Origin: Takakia lepidozioides
Taxonomy: Eukaryota; Plantae; Bryophyta
DNA length: 64,000 bases
Assembly (NCBI GenBank): GCA_030704615.1
Contig: CM060734.1
Location: forward strand, 42,222,001-42,286,000
Direction of reading: 5' to 3'
Both the position numbers and the translations under genes were made by a program. This document shows positions 1 to 12,378 of this stretch, piece after piece (the stretch's first letter is position 1; every line of letters starts with the position of its first letter). The notes below the pieces were generated by a model. That model saw nothing but the letters and a program-made list of their open reading frames with translations, had not been told where the DNA came from and did not search any database.

Positions 1-202
1 CTTATGCATGGATTGCGACTCAATCCATCCGCATCTCGGTTGACTATTCCGGCTCGATGCACCACCTAGAAGTCGTACTCTTGAAGCATAAGTGCCCACC
101 GTGCAAGCTTCCATGTAAGCTTGTCTGACTCCATCAACCACTTCAATGGTTGGTGATCCATGACAATGGTGAAGAGATTGCCATAGAGGTAGCATCTAAA
201 AT
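1..202 (-). mobile_element. Ty3/gypsy pol fragment (RNase H C-terminal part), continuing the element at 5548-9247
   Basis: Minus strand reads FRCYLYGNLFTIVMDHQPLKWLMESDKLTWKLARWALMLQEYDF*VVHRAG...DADGLSR. It joins ...AVVWAVIH at ~5551 once 203-5547 and one TSD copy are removed. Confidence 0.9.
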
Positions 203-1070
203 CACTAGAAGAAAAACGCGGAATAACCACTGGCCCCCTTAACCACTCTTGTCTTTTACCACTCTATAACTCACTCTAAGTAATGGTAACCACTGGCCAG
301 TGGTTAATTCCAATGAAATGCCACGGTGGCATCATATGGAGTGGTTGGAAGTGGTTTCAACCACTAAGTAATCAACGTGTAATATTTAATTTTATATTTA
401 TTATTCGTCATTTGGTCAAATATTTATATTAATAATGATAATATCCGACATGGACGGGTACAGTGATAAATTATGAGTGGTTAATGACACCTCAGTGATG
501 GGAAGTGGTTGAAACCACTTTCTACTCCACGTGTAATAATTTTTTTTTTTTAGATTTTTATTATTTCAAAATATATTATTCCACGTGGACGAGGATAGTA
601 TACGTAGATCTGGAGTGGTTAAAGACCCCCCAGTGATTGGCACCACTTGCACAGTGGTGGAATGTGAGTGGTTAAGACCCTTTTGTAACTGGAACACTCT
701 TCAAGTGGGCATTTGTGAGTGGTTATATACACGTGAGTGATTGGTACCACTTCTGTGGTGGGTTGTGAATGGTTGAAGACACCTGAGTGATGGGAGGTGA
801 TTGAAACCACTTGCTACTCCACGTAAAATAATTCAATTTTTATTTAAGATTTATCATTTCGAAATATATTTTAATTATGAACTATATTATTCTACGTGGA
901 CTGGGACAATATACGTAGATCTGGAGTGGTTAAAGACCCCCATTGATTGGTACCACTTTGAGAGTGGTGTAGAGTGAGTGGTTACAGACCATTTAGTAAC
1001 TGGAACCTCGGCCAGTGGTTACGCATGAGTGATTACATACACACCAGTGATTGGTATTACTTCTGTGGTG
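203..1070. repeat. CACTA left subterminal repeat field (AACCAC/GTGGTT) with a ~300-bp tandem duplication
   Basis: Many GTGGTT/AACCAC copies in both orientations; ~470-760 is repeated at ~770-1050. Confidence 0.8.
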
Positions 1071-1719
1071 ATACATGAAAAACTTTAGTGGTTTGTGTGT
1101 TGATGGAAAATCCAAAATCCATCCATGTATCGCTACATTCATCCATCCAATCATGAGTAGAGGGGACTTAGCGTTTTTTTTGTCTTCCCTGCCACTGTTG
1201 CATCTGTTTGTTTTCTTTGTGTCGAGTTTGATCGTGAGAGACAAACATGACAGAGCTATGTTTGTTTTCTTATAGTGTCAAGTCTAATCATGAGAGACGA
1301 CGAGCGAGTTGTAGGGGCAGACAGGGACTCAAGACCTAAAATCGGGGCATGAAGGTGTGCACGATGGTGCCCGGGGGGTGCACCAAGGGTTAATGTACCT
1401 ATCACGTGCGTGAACAGAAGGGGGTTAATTAAATACCCCCACATACAGACTATGTATATTGAAAGGGTGTGAATAATTCATGATATATATATATGTTTAT
1501 TTATTTATTTATATTTATATTTATATTTTTATATTTGAGGGTCAGTTACATGTTTGGGTGTATAGTGTACTGGTAAGGTCTCTAATTACGTGCCGTGACA
1601 TCGCGTGATCAAGTACCTTTTGCGTTTTTCTTTTTTGCGTCGTTTCTCTTTTTCGCCTCGCTCGCTAAGCCCTATCTTCCGCTGCGCTGTGCACTCTCAC
1701 CTTTCGTTGTGCTTCTTCC

Positions 1720-3570
1720 TCATGTTTATCAGGTTCTTGGGAGGTCTTAGCAGGCCGTGTGTCAATCGGCGTCTGCTCAGCTGCACCGTGGTGGAGGCGT
1801 GGTGGTTCTCACAGAGCGATCCGACAGTACCTGACTACAGACACAAGCAGCACACACAAGAGGTCCTTTTGGATTGATGGTTGATCAAATCCTCCATGGG
1901 TCATGACACAAGGTCAAGGACAATGTGGTGAGGGCAGCTTCTTCTTTCATCTATTTCGACCTGTTTTTCCCTCTCATCAGACTCGGCCCTGAGATGCATA
2001 TTGAATTTTGTACTTTAGCTCATTGGGTGGATCTGTGGTGGTTAGGAGTGACTTTGACAAGCTACTGCTGATATAGCAATAGGAAAGTATCCAAAAACAG
2101 ATAACATAGGGTAGGAGAAGCACCTTCTTCAACACATTTCACCCTGTTTTCCCCTCTTATCAGAATCGGCCCTACATTTCCATGTTGAATTCTGCAAGTT
2201 AGTTGATTGAGTGAACCTTTGGTATTTTGAAGTGACTTTGACATGATATTGCCAATGTAAGACAGGAAAGTATCCAAAAACAGGTAAACAGAGACGAGGA
2301 GAAGCTGTGGGATGAATACTTTTCTGACCCCAGCCAATGGTGGGACAAACGAGGCAAAGGTGAATGCCTGCAGATTACCAGATGTCATTCTGAAGGCTGC
2401 ACACACAAGCTGCACACACAAGAGGTTCTTTAGGGTTGATGTTCGGTGAAATCCTCCATGGGTCATGACACAAGGTCAAGGACAATGTGGTGAGTGCATT
2501 TTCTTCTTCAACCTATTTCTGCCTGTTTTACCCTCTCATCAGACTCGGCCTTGAGATGCGTATTGAACTCTGTAAGTTAGTTCGTTGGGTGGATCCGTGG
2601 TGGTTAGGAGTGACTTTGACAAATTACTGCTGATGTGGCAGCAGGAAAGTATCCAAAAATAGATAACATAGACGAGGAGAAGACACCTTCTTCAATACAT
2701 TTCACCATGTTTTCCCCTCTTATCATAATCTGCCCTACATTTCCATGTTGAATTCTGCAAGTTAGCTGATTGAGTGAACCTTTGGTAGTTTAGAGTGATT
2801 TTGACATGATACTGCCAATGTGACACAGGAAAGTATCCAAAAACAGGTAAACAGAGATGAGGAGAAGTTGTGGGATGAATACTTTTCTGACCCCAGCCAA
2901 TGGTGGGACAACCAAGGCAAAAAGATGAATGCATGTTAGATTACCAGATGTCATTCTGAATGCTGCAGACTCGGCCTTGAGATGCATATTGAATTCTATA
3001 AGTTAGTTTGTTGGGTGGATCTGTGGTGGTTAGCAATGACTTTGACAAGTTACTGCCAATGTGGCAGCAGGAAAGTAACCAAAAACAGATAACATTTATG
3101 AGGAGAAGGCACCTTCTTTACACATTTCACCCTGTTTTTCCCTCTTATCAGAATTTGCCCTAAATTTCCATGTTGAATTCTGCATGTTAGCTGGTTGAGT
3201 GAACCTTTGGTAGTTTGGAGTGACTTTGACATGATACAACCTATGTGACAACACGAAAGTATCCAAATTAAACAGGTAACAGAGATGAGGAGAAGCTGTG
3301 GTATGAATACTTTTCTGACCCCGGTCAATGGTGGGACAACGTTGGCAAAAAGGTGAATGCCTGTCAGATTACCAGATGTCATTCTGAATGCTGCAGACAC
3401 AAGCTGCACACACAAGAGGTCTTTGTTTTACTCTCTCATCAGACTCAGCCTTGAGATGCATATTTGAATTGGGTGGATCTGTGGTGGTTAGGAGTGACTT
3501 TGACAAGTTACTGCCGATGTGACATCAGGAAAGTATCCAAAAATAGATAACATAGATGAGGAGAAGCTCG
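1720..3570 (+). pseudogene. Tandem array of captured OSB-type PDF-motif exon fragments
   Basis: PTVPDYRHKQHTQE..WIDG.SNPPWV near 1820-1900. EEKLWDEYFSDPSQWWD(K/N) at ~2296, ~2859 and ~3287. Unit spacing about 560 and 430 bp, with stops and frameshifts. Confidence 0.8.
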
Positions 3571-3718
3571 TTGGTCGATCTATGGTGTTTTGTAGTGATT
3601 TTTGATATATTACTGTAGGTAGGGTTGGGGTGTTTGCTGAAAGAACTTCACGCCATCAATATCAGCTGATTCAGCTGCTAGCAACAAGGCTGAGGATGTA
3701 TTCATGGTTTATACACAG

Positions 3719-3909
3719 GTGAAGAGAGCCCATACGCCCAAGTATCCTTGCCTCAGCCCCCTACTAGGAACAAGCTTCATGTGGATGACGACTTCCTGAC
3801 ATCCAAACTGTGGCCATATTTGGAAGGAGCTGCCAAGGCTGCAAGCATTCTAGAATATGTAAAATCTCAACACCTGTTTGGACAAGCACCAAAACAAACA
3901 TATGAAAAG
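3719..3909 (+). pseudogene. Captured exon-like fragment of an unidentified host gene
   Basis: Open frame ...KLHVDDDFLTSKLWPYLEGAAKAASILEYVKSQHLFGQAPKQTYEK ends in AAG|GTAAG donor. Confidence 0.45.
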
Positions 3910-4257
3910 GTAAGCGCCCCACCTTCTCACTGGCTAGATTGGGACGAGCCCTCATTTGCTTCTTGTAGATTTATTTCTGATTTTCAAAGTGCAAACCTTG
4001 ATGGCGAGTGTACGTGCTAATGTGTGTAGTCTGGAGCACATGGGTCATGAAAATATAGGAGAAGGGCCTAAGTGTAGGGCCTTCCGTCGTTGGTTTGTTC
4101 CATTGTTTCCACTGGCATAGTGGTTTTGTGGGCTGCTTGTGGAGGGGGCTGTCTGGTTTGTTTCCTTTCATGTTTTTAGCAGTCCCAGCTTGTCATCCCA
4201 TAAGCGCCATCATTACTGTTTTTGGGTTGCTTGTGGAGGGGCCCCAGCACCTCATAA

Positions 4258-4395
4258 GCATATGGGAGCCTAGCAGCCCTGGGAAGGGGCAAAGAGCTTC
4301 ATGGTGACATTATCAAAGCTGGAATTGTACCAGATGTCATTCTGAACATTCCCCTGGTGTACATCTACATCAAATGTGAGCCTAGCAGCCCTGGC
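4258..4395 (+). pseudogene. PLS-PPR fragment (L/S motif) inside the CACTA element
   Basis: Reads AYGSLAALGRGKELHGDIIKAGIVPDVILNIPLVYIYIKC, matching the PPR motifs at 22711-23217 and 47145-49475. Confidence 0.8.
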
Positions 4396-4619
4396 TAGAG
4401 AAGAACATGAAGAGGGCTTACAATTTCATTCGTCTGGGCGTAGACATTGCTGGCAATGAGAAGAAGGCAGGAAAGCAGTTCAGTGTTCCTAGCATGCATG
4501 CGGAGACGCCGTGTAGAAGTTAGGCTCAGACTTTTATCATGGCTGGATTTTGTTGATAGTGTTCCAGCACTTACTCTCTGGGATTCTATTTTATTTTGTG
4601 GAGCTTGAATCCCCAATGG

Positions 4620-5547
4620 TACTTCTTTCACTACAATAGTGGTATGTGTTCCACCTCTAGTCATGTTCCTATCACTTGCACGCCACTGTTAAGTGGTAGT
4701 AATTTGTATAGTGGTATAATTTAAAACTGTAAGAGTAGCCAAATACACACAATTGCCTCCATTACCACTCATGTAGTGGTATAAGTAATAACCTATATAT
4801 TATTGTATTAGTGGTATGAATTCCTCCAGTGGTATTCCTAATCACTTACACACCACTCTGTTAGTAATCATTCCAATCCATAGTTCCCACTCAGAGAGAC
4901 ACCATGGATGATTCAAATAGCTTACATACCACTATGTGGGTAATCATTCCAATGACCTACTGAGAGACGTCATCCACTCACATAACCACAGTTTGAGTGA
5001 TATTGTATATTTTGAGTTTTCATAGAATGATTCTGTGAGTCATTTCGCGATCACTCAACAAGTGGTTTCGGAAGTCATTGGTTTTTCACTCCATCCATTT
5101 CGTAGCACCGACACAGGACACGTGTCCATGCTGAGAGTGTCGCCACGTGTCAACATAATCTCCAATATCATCCACGGACCACTGATTTCCACGTGTCCAC
5201 TTGAAAACGGAAGTGGTTACTTTACCACTATGACACGTCAGTTTATCACTGTGACACGTCAGGAAGTGGTTGGTTTATCTCAGTGACACGTCATTGACAC
5301 GTCACATTGGTGAGTTTACACGTCACAGTGGTTAATTTACCACTGTGACATGTCAACGAACAGGTGGACCCGTACGTGAGTGGTTCGAACCACTGTCCTT
5401 AACCATGGATGCCACGTAATGTCTTTTACCACTCACTTGTCCTAATCCACTGGTTCTTCATCACTCTGGGGCCAGAGTGGTTTAGTGTCTTTTACCACTC
5501 AAAATGAGTGGTTAACAGAGTGGTTATTCCACGTTTTTCTTCTAGTG
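4620..5547. repeat. CACTA right subterminal repeat field
   Basis: Dense ACCACT/AGTGGT and GACACGTC repeats leading to the right TIR. Confidence 0.75.
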
Positions 5548-8500
5548 AATGTATCACTGCCCATACTACAGCTAGACGCTCCCCTTCATATGAACTATAC
5601 TTCGCCTCGGCATCATTGTTCGAGCGGCTAGCATATACCACTACAAACTCTCTTCCCTCATCATCCACCTGTGTGAGCACTGCCCCAATCCCCAACATAC
5701 TCCAATCCGTATGTAGCTGGATAGACCGCCCCCGAATAGGCGTAGAAGTCAATCGAGCCTTGAGTTCTTCAAAGGCTTCCTCCTGCTCCTCCTCCCACTG
5801 CCATTCCTGACCGACCTTGGTCAACTTGGTAAGAGCCTTTGCAATGCTGCTAAATCCCTTGACAAACCGTCGATAGTAGTTTGCCAACCCCATGAAAGGA
5901 CGAACTCTGCTAACATCGATGGGCTTGTAGGACACCGTTTCCTCCCGAAAGTCCAAAGTAAAGCCCATCGGGTATAACACAGCCCAACCAACAAGCACAT
6001 CATAAGACATCGCGTCCGTAACAATGGCTTTAGCTCTCATGACAGAGCCATCTGTAGGATGATCTGGCTGCAATTGAATGAAGAGCCCATGGCGTGTAAT
6101 CCCTTGTGCCTTCTCTGAACCGCCCAAAGATGTTTGAATTTAGAAAGGGCAAAGCTCCAAATCCGCCAATGTAAGGCCCAAGCCTACAATTGCTGCTCTC
6201 CCCAACATCAATGGTTGTGCTCCCGAGTCCAACAAGACCCATAGTGGCCTATACCTCATCTCGGTTGGGCCACCCAATTGAAACACTCCATCCTGATTGT
6301 CCACCAGGACTATCCTAGGAGTCACCATGCTGCGCTCAATGGCTGGTCTAGCTGGCAATTCCTGCAACCTTGCAGCTGCCGCCATGGCGCAGCTGTGGCT
6401 GACTTCACCCTCGATCTAAAGCATCCAAAGACTGCACCTTATCTGTTATCTTCGCAGATAGTGCCGATGCATCATCACTTTCACAGAGTCTAGCTGCTAG
6501 TCTGAACACAGCAGCTGACCAAATCCCCGACATTGCAATGGTCATTGTAGAAAATAATGGAGCTTGGCAAACCGTCGTAGCCGCCCCCAACAATGTATTG
6601 GATGCACCTTGCTTTGCAGCACCACCCACTGGTATTTCCCGAGCCACACCAACTCTCCCCAATGACACTCGTGGCTCTATCTCTGACACACTTGGGCGAG
6701 CGGGTGCCATTGATGGCGTAGGTGGCACTGTCTCAGCCAATGTAAAGGATTGTGGAAGCCTTGTCTGACGACTTGTTTCCCCCCTTTGTGGATCAAAATC
6801 CACATCCGCTCCTCTTGGCTCAGGAGTATGCGTTGCTGCTCGTGTGACAGCAGCAGCAGAGTCCAATATATGCAATGGCCCTGCAAGTGCGGCTCCACAC
6901 ATGAAGCCCATACCAATCTAATATTCCCTAGGCATAGGAGGTTGTGCAGGTGGGGCTTGAACCTCAAGCCTTGGAACTGGCGCAACATGAGTAGTGGCCA
7001 TGGCAGCAAAACGTTGCTCTAGCTGGGCAAGTCTATCCACCATGCCTTGGTCATGACCTTAACCTTGACCCTATGCTCCTTGGTTTTGGTTACGACCTCC
7101 ACCCCGACCTCTGTCTCCTCTATCTCTCTGGACTACATTGCCTCATCCTCGGCCACCATTGTTCCCTTGGAACTGGCCTGGCCGTAGCTCAAGATGCAAA
7201 CCATAACAATGGGCCTCCTCATGCCCATACTTTCCACAATGCCCACACTGTAGTTGTGTAGGTTGTGCCTGTGCCAGCCCTTTGCCTCTCTCCGGGCAAT
7301 CCTTCTTGACATGAGGTCCTCCCACAATCCCAACAAATCACACCCGACTGTTGTTGGACTAAGGAACGAAGGAAGAGACCTCTACATTTGAGATCCTCTC
7401 TGTCATTCCCTCGGCTTCACCTGGGCCCCCTTGTTGCCTTGAGCACGTTGGGATAGTGGTTGTTGTTGGCTAGGAGCCCACTTTGTTGTGTCTCCTTGCC
7501 AAACCCCACCATAACCATTCGCTCATCCACCAAATTGAGCTCTATCCGCTCTCCCAGCAAAAACACATTGTCGCACCGCATCCCGCACCTTTTTCCTCAG
7601 CTCCTTATCCAGGATCCCATACCAGAACTGGACTACCTGAGCTTCTGTAACCCCTTGGGTTACGTTTATCAAGCGCCTCATGCGAGAGTAAGCCTCCCTC
7701 AACTCTCAGTAGACCTTCGTTGGAACTCTTGCAAGCTCCGCAACTTCTCTGTCCTTATCCCTTGGTAGTTTCTCCTCAACTCCTCGAAGAACTCCACAAC
7801 TGGGTTAAAGGCAGGCACGGGTGCTGGTGCTGCAACAGGAGCTTGAGTGGATTTCCCAGCTCCTGTACCACTTGTCCCACTACTGATGCTTACAGTTGGA
7901 GATGTTTGTGTAGCTGCTGATGTCGCCACTACCCTTGTGCCTCTAGTGATGGAGACATAGTTATGTGACCAATACTCTCGCCACTCCTCAATCTCCACCG
8001 CATGTCCCCGCCTAACTTCATGGTAATCATCCATGGGCGGGCCTTCAAGGTGCTGGAATAGCCCCTTCCACGCCATAAAGGGCGTAAACAGTTGTGGATT
8101 GCGCATTTGCTGCAAATCACACCAACTGTCAAACTCTTGTATGAAGTCATCAAGCTCGATGGTGCCCACAGCTCCAGAGTACCTACGTGGCCCTTTGGTA
8201 GCTCCATACATCTCCTCCATCGTGTCCCACAACAATGGCACAGAAATGACTTGCACTCTTGGCGAGAATCCTCCTGACTCTGAATCTGAACCTTCCTCAG
8301 AAGACACTGAAGGTAAAGGTGGCCTAAACCGCACACCTCGTCTTGTATACCCACTAGTATCGCTGGTGCTCGTACTGACACTCCCCTCAGCAACTGGTGG
8401 AACCTCCGTGATGAAAACTCACAACCCAACCGGTTGTCAACTTGTCTCTAATCCCCACTTTCCACAAGGTAACCGGGTAGAGATTGTTGCGGCTACTGGT

Positions 8501-8741
8501 TCAAGCAGGAATAATAGGTTTCTAACGTAGACCTGTATCTGCACCTGCATCCACCGCAAGCACATGGTCTGCTGGTCATCAACCCAGCCTCACCATAGAA
8601 GAAACACTCGTGGTCTTGCTGGTCATCACTCCAGCCTCACCACCGACAGCATAAGATTGGCCGGTGATCAAATCCGGACCAACCTCCTATGAAAACAAGC
8701 GCCCACACAAAGCTAACATAGCGCACAGTCAAGCATGTAGG
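5548..8741 (-). mobile_element. Degenerate Ty3/gypsy internal region: gag, zinc knuckle, protease, RT 3' end/RNase H; RT core deleted
   Basis: Gag-like ORF 7699-8334; CGHCGKYGHEEAHC knuckle ~7200-7250; VLLDSGAQP protease ~6220; VRPFMGLANYYRRFVKGF and LHTDWS..GIGAVL RNase H in 5492-6127. The protease region jumps to the RT end near 5920. Confidence 0.9.
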
Positions 8742-9247
8742 TGTGGAGGGGATCCAAACACAAGAAAATCAAGACAACAACCCCCCCACACCAAAAACAC
8801 TCCACAGTGTCGCTCATGTAAGGACACTCCAGCCCAAACCCGGACTGACTCTTGCCTCCACCTACGGAAAGGTTTTGGCCTACAGCGATGGTGAAAGACT
8901 ATGGAGAAGAGAAACTAAGGCAATTCCTAACCCCAGAATGCTCTCATCCCACCACTCTCCCTTCTGTCTCTATCCACTCGCTTGTATGGTTGTGGCAAGT
9001 ATCCTTCAAATATTCCTCAATCAATTCTTCAAGAGCTCTTCAACATTGTCCACCAAAGCTCCTCGAAAGGTCCTCCAATACTCCATCCTCCCCTCTTTCT
9101 AGAAGCAATGTCCTCGTTGTTCGAATTTTCAAAAGCTTGAATTGCCAATTGAGCATTTGCAAGATTTTTCACCGATACTCACGTAGCTTCATGTAATGGA
9201 AATCTTTTCCATAAAACCAAGTATTCCAATATCTTATGTTGCCCTCA
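8742..9247 (-). repeat. Putative 5' LTR of the gypsy element
   Basis: Non-coding segment that starts TGAGGG and ends CCCTCCACA on minus, and cuts off the neighbouring chromodomain ORF. The second LTR is not in the window. Confidence 0.45.
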
Positions 9248-9625
9248 TTTGTATGTGTTTTTTTTCAGAACACGGTCGACCTCCCACTCTTCATTTCCGT
9301 CTATCAACTCTGGTAAAAGTTGTGGTTCTTGATTATCTTTTAATATTGATGGTTGAGGTTTGTAACGACGTAGTAGAGAACCGTGAAACACCGGGTGGAT
9401 CTTCATATGTAGTGGTAATTCCAGCTTGTATGCTACTGCTCCAATTCGTTTAATGATCGAAAAACGACCAATAAACCGTGCCCCTAGTTTTCGCAATCCA
9501 ATGATGTGTAAGTTGGTTGTAGACAACCACACTTGATCCCCAACTGCAAATTCCTTATCTCGTTGATATGCATTTGTATACTGCTTTTGGCGATTTTGGG
9601 CAACCATCAGCTTATCTTTAGCTTA
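9245..9625 (-). mobile_element. Chromovirus integrase C-terminus and truncated chromodomain
   Basis: AQNRQKQY..FAVGDQVWLST..KLGARFIGRFSIIKRIGAVAYKLELP..IHPVFH (GPY/F region), then EEWEVDRVL. Confidence 0.85.
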
Positions 9626-9754
9626 ACGTACTTGGGCCGTCGAATTTGTTGCACAAATGCGTTAGTTGCGGCTACCTTGGATAACTCTTCATTTGATAGC
9701 TTGAACTTTGTAAAAGTTATTGTATATTTGGGTGTTCGCCATACATTGAAAAGA

Positions 9755-10715
9755 AATGTGTCTCTTTCGTTGACGCGTTGACCGACGGAAACTACTTTAG
9801 CGTAGAGGATGAATGCAGGGTTGACTGGACCAAAATGGACGTTTTAGATGACTGCAATTGATGGTGTCCTCAATTGAATTTGAATTAACTAATTAAAACC
9901 AACAAATATATATGTCATTGGATTCCTAGCTTCAATACGCACCCATAGCAACTCTCAAATCATGAATTTGATAAGAAATGACTCAGTTATGGACTTTTGA
10001 ACACCGTCATTGTGGACAGTTACCGCAGTGAATGAAATTATAATGGACTCAAGTTCTCCTATGTACCATTGGTGGGTTCCATTAAAATTTGGAGATAAGG
10101 TGGCCATTTTGGTCCACATCATAGATATGGATTTGAAGTGGCAAAATCATTTGTCATTTAACTCATATTATATATGTCAAAATTAGGCTTTTGAAAAGTC
10201 CATAGCTTTTGTTTTTTGGATTTTTGGTGTCATTTTCTTTCTAGAAGTATTCAATGGCTAGGTGGCATATTGATTTTTTTTTTGTAAACTATAATTTTTA
10301 GTTTTTCATAATTTCTCTAAATAATAGATTAAAATATTTAATACTTCTAGAAAGAAAGTATTAAATATGTTCAGTATACCATTATCTATTGCTAAGAAAA
10401 TATTTTGGATAGTATCCTCAGCTTTTTGTTTTTTTTTGTCATGGACTTTCATGGATCTGTCGTTTTTGGTCCACTCAACCCTACAACTGCCCTAGAGTAG
10501 ATATAGGGTGCCATAGTTCCATGTCAGCGTTGCCATGTCATTGTCACCACGTCATTGTCGCCATGTTTCGTAGCCACGTCATCGTCGCCATGTTTCGTCG
10601 TCAAATGTTTTGTTACTTGTCTGGACTGCCCTCCCGAAAAACGCCAATAGAACTTGTCGCGCCAAGTTTTTTGGAGCTGCCTGGATTGCCCGGTTCTTGA
10701 TCTTCTTGAATTGCA
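9755..10715 (+). repeat. Left arm of an inverted-repeat pair (partner at 25080-25300), interrupted by a MITE
   Basis: TTTAGCGTAGAG...GTCGTCAAA...GCCAATAGAA..TGTCGC..TGCCCGG.TCTTGATCTTCTTGA matches the reverse complement of 25080-25300 and partly 19841-19990. Confidence 0.7.
9808..10492. mobile_element. MITE-like element, copy 1 (685 bp, 5-bp TSD TAGAG)
   Basis: Imperfect TIRs GATGAATGCAGGGTTGACTGGACCAAAA / TTTTGGTCCACTCAACCCTACAACTGCCC. TAGAG at 9803-9807 and 10493-10497. Full-length homology to 20835-21581. Confidence 0.9.
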
Positions 10716-10784
10716 GGAAGGATTTCACACGCCGATCACAGATGAGACATTCGCAGATTATGAGTACAGCGCAGGAGCTCTCAC

Positions 10785-11467
10785 AGATGGTGGGACAACC
10801 ACAACCGCAAGATATGGCTTTTCCTAATGCACGTGATGTGAAGATGTTTGTCTATCCTGCAAATGTGGGCTTTTGGCTCCTGTTAGTACCATGATTTGGT
10901 ATTTAGCCTGATGTTTATAAAGTTCTCGGGAGAGTCAGCTTGGTCTTAGCAAGCCGTGTTTCAATCTCTGTTTGCTCAACTGCACCGTGGTGGTTCTCAC
11001 AAACCAAACCAACATTACCTAACTACAGACACAAGCAACACACACAAGAGTTCATTTTTGGGTTGATGGTCGGTCAAATCCTCCATGGATCATGACACAA
11101 AGTCAAGGACAATGTGGTGAGGGCACCTTCTTCTTCGACCTATTTCAGCATGTTTTGCACTCTCATCAGACTCGGCCCTGAGATGCATATTGAATTCTGT
11201 AAGTTAGCTTGTTGGATGCTACTATAATAATTAGGGTTGGGGTGTTTGCTGGAAGAACTTCACGCTTTCAATGTCAGCTGCTAGCAGCAAGGCTGGGGAT
11301 GTATTCATGATTTGTACACAGGCAGGGATAGTTGAAGGACCAGGGATAGAGGTCCAGATTCATCCAAGAGGGCCGGATTTCAAACACAAGATTACTTTTG
11401 ATTCCCTGTGGATCAATAGCTACAAGAAATCTGCGTGGGTAGATGGTCAACTGGAAACAACTTTTGG
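10785..11467 (+). pseudogene. Intron-containing two-PDF-motif gene fragment (OSB-like)
   Basis: HRWWDNHNRK, then a degenerate intron, then PTLPNYRHKQHTQE..WVDGRSNPPW. Further on GTCCAG|IHPRGPDFKHKITFDSLWINSYKKSAWVDGQLETTF G|GTATG. Confidence 0.8.
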
Positions 11468-11475
11468 TATGTCGC

Positions 11476-11735
11476 TCTAATAGTGTGGATCCAACCACTT
11501 GGTAGGAGCAATATTAGTGGGAATGACATAATAATATACACGTGGCACATGGTACCTAGTAATATACACGTGGCACGTGGTACCTAGGCTATGTGGCAGA
11601 TCTGACACGTTATATATATACCACGTTGCAATAAACTTCCACGTGGCAAATAGACCATGTGAAAACCTCTTCCAAGTGGCAACTGGACCACGTACCACGT
11701 GGTAAGAGTTTTCTAGGTCCACCACGTTATTAGGT
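11476..11735. mobile_element. Short MITE-like element rich in CACGTGG palindromes
   Basis: Imperfect inverted ends (CTAATAGTGTGGA / TCCACCACGTTATTAG) and repeated CACGTGG. Confidence 0.35.
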
Positions 11736-12203
11736 CTAATATCGTCAAAGGAAATCTGTTTTTTGTTCTACTGGCTGCAAATTACCTTTCATATAATGAT
11801 TAATGTGTCATCAAAATATGACATAAATCGGGTCAAGAAAATAAGCCAAGTTTGGCAGTAATTAGGCTAATCATTGTCTCTATGTTGTTCCCTTTGATCA
11901 TTCAACTCTTTCACGGTAGAGAGAACTGCTGAAGGACTTAGTCAAGCGTGGTTTTAAGTGGCTCTCTGTCTACTACAACATGCTGGCCCTTGAGCTGGAA
12001 ATTCCCCAAGTTCAATTGAAGTCAAGTGCGTATGCAGCCCTATGACCAAAGCAGTAGTGAACCACAGGCTGTCTTGTAATCTCCCTGTCCGCCATGGATA
12101 TGATCTGCACAATGAGATTGTATTGTCAAAAACACAATAGGAAATTCTAGAAATTAGGCTGATAACAGAGGCTACGGAATAACAGGGGGGGGGAGAAAAT
12201 GAC

Positions 12204-12378
12204 CTGGATATGATCAGCACCAAGAAGCCGTTGATTGCATTTCAGAGCCTCATGGAGGTATCGTAGGGCGACTTGGATATTACCCAACCCCTCCTCCATA
12301 ATTGCCATATTGATATAGGTAGCTGCTGTGTTTGGGTGTAAAGGTCCACATGTCAAGTGCAGCAGTACAGAGCTCGGT
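12204..12378 (-). pseudogene. Isolated exon fragment of a CLU/TSS/REC-family TPR gene
   Basis: [53 protein letters not shown]|GT matches the conserved TPR exon of plant REC/TSS proteins. Confidence 0.8.

Larger units (their letters stand above)
203..5547. mobile_element. Non-autonomous CACTA (En/Spm) transposon carrying host-gene fragments (Pack-CACTA)
   Basis: Left end CACTAGAAGAAAAACGCGGAATAACCACT, right end AGTGGTTATTCCACGTTTTTCTTCTAGTG (near-perfect TIR). 3-bp TSD AAT at 200-202 and 5548-5550. No transposase inside. Confidence 0.95.

Noticed and set aside
1850-3570. CRISPR-like or satellite array
   Set aside because: Units are 430-560-bp duplicated exon and intron pieces with no constant repeat and unique spacers; the context is eukaryotic.
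10610-11000. Apparent transit-peptide ORF leading into a PDF motif
   Set aside because: 10812-11003 lies between a WWDN..K donor position and the conserved acceptor, so it is better explained as an intron; it also contains stops.
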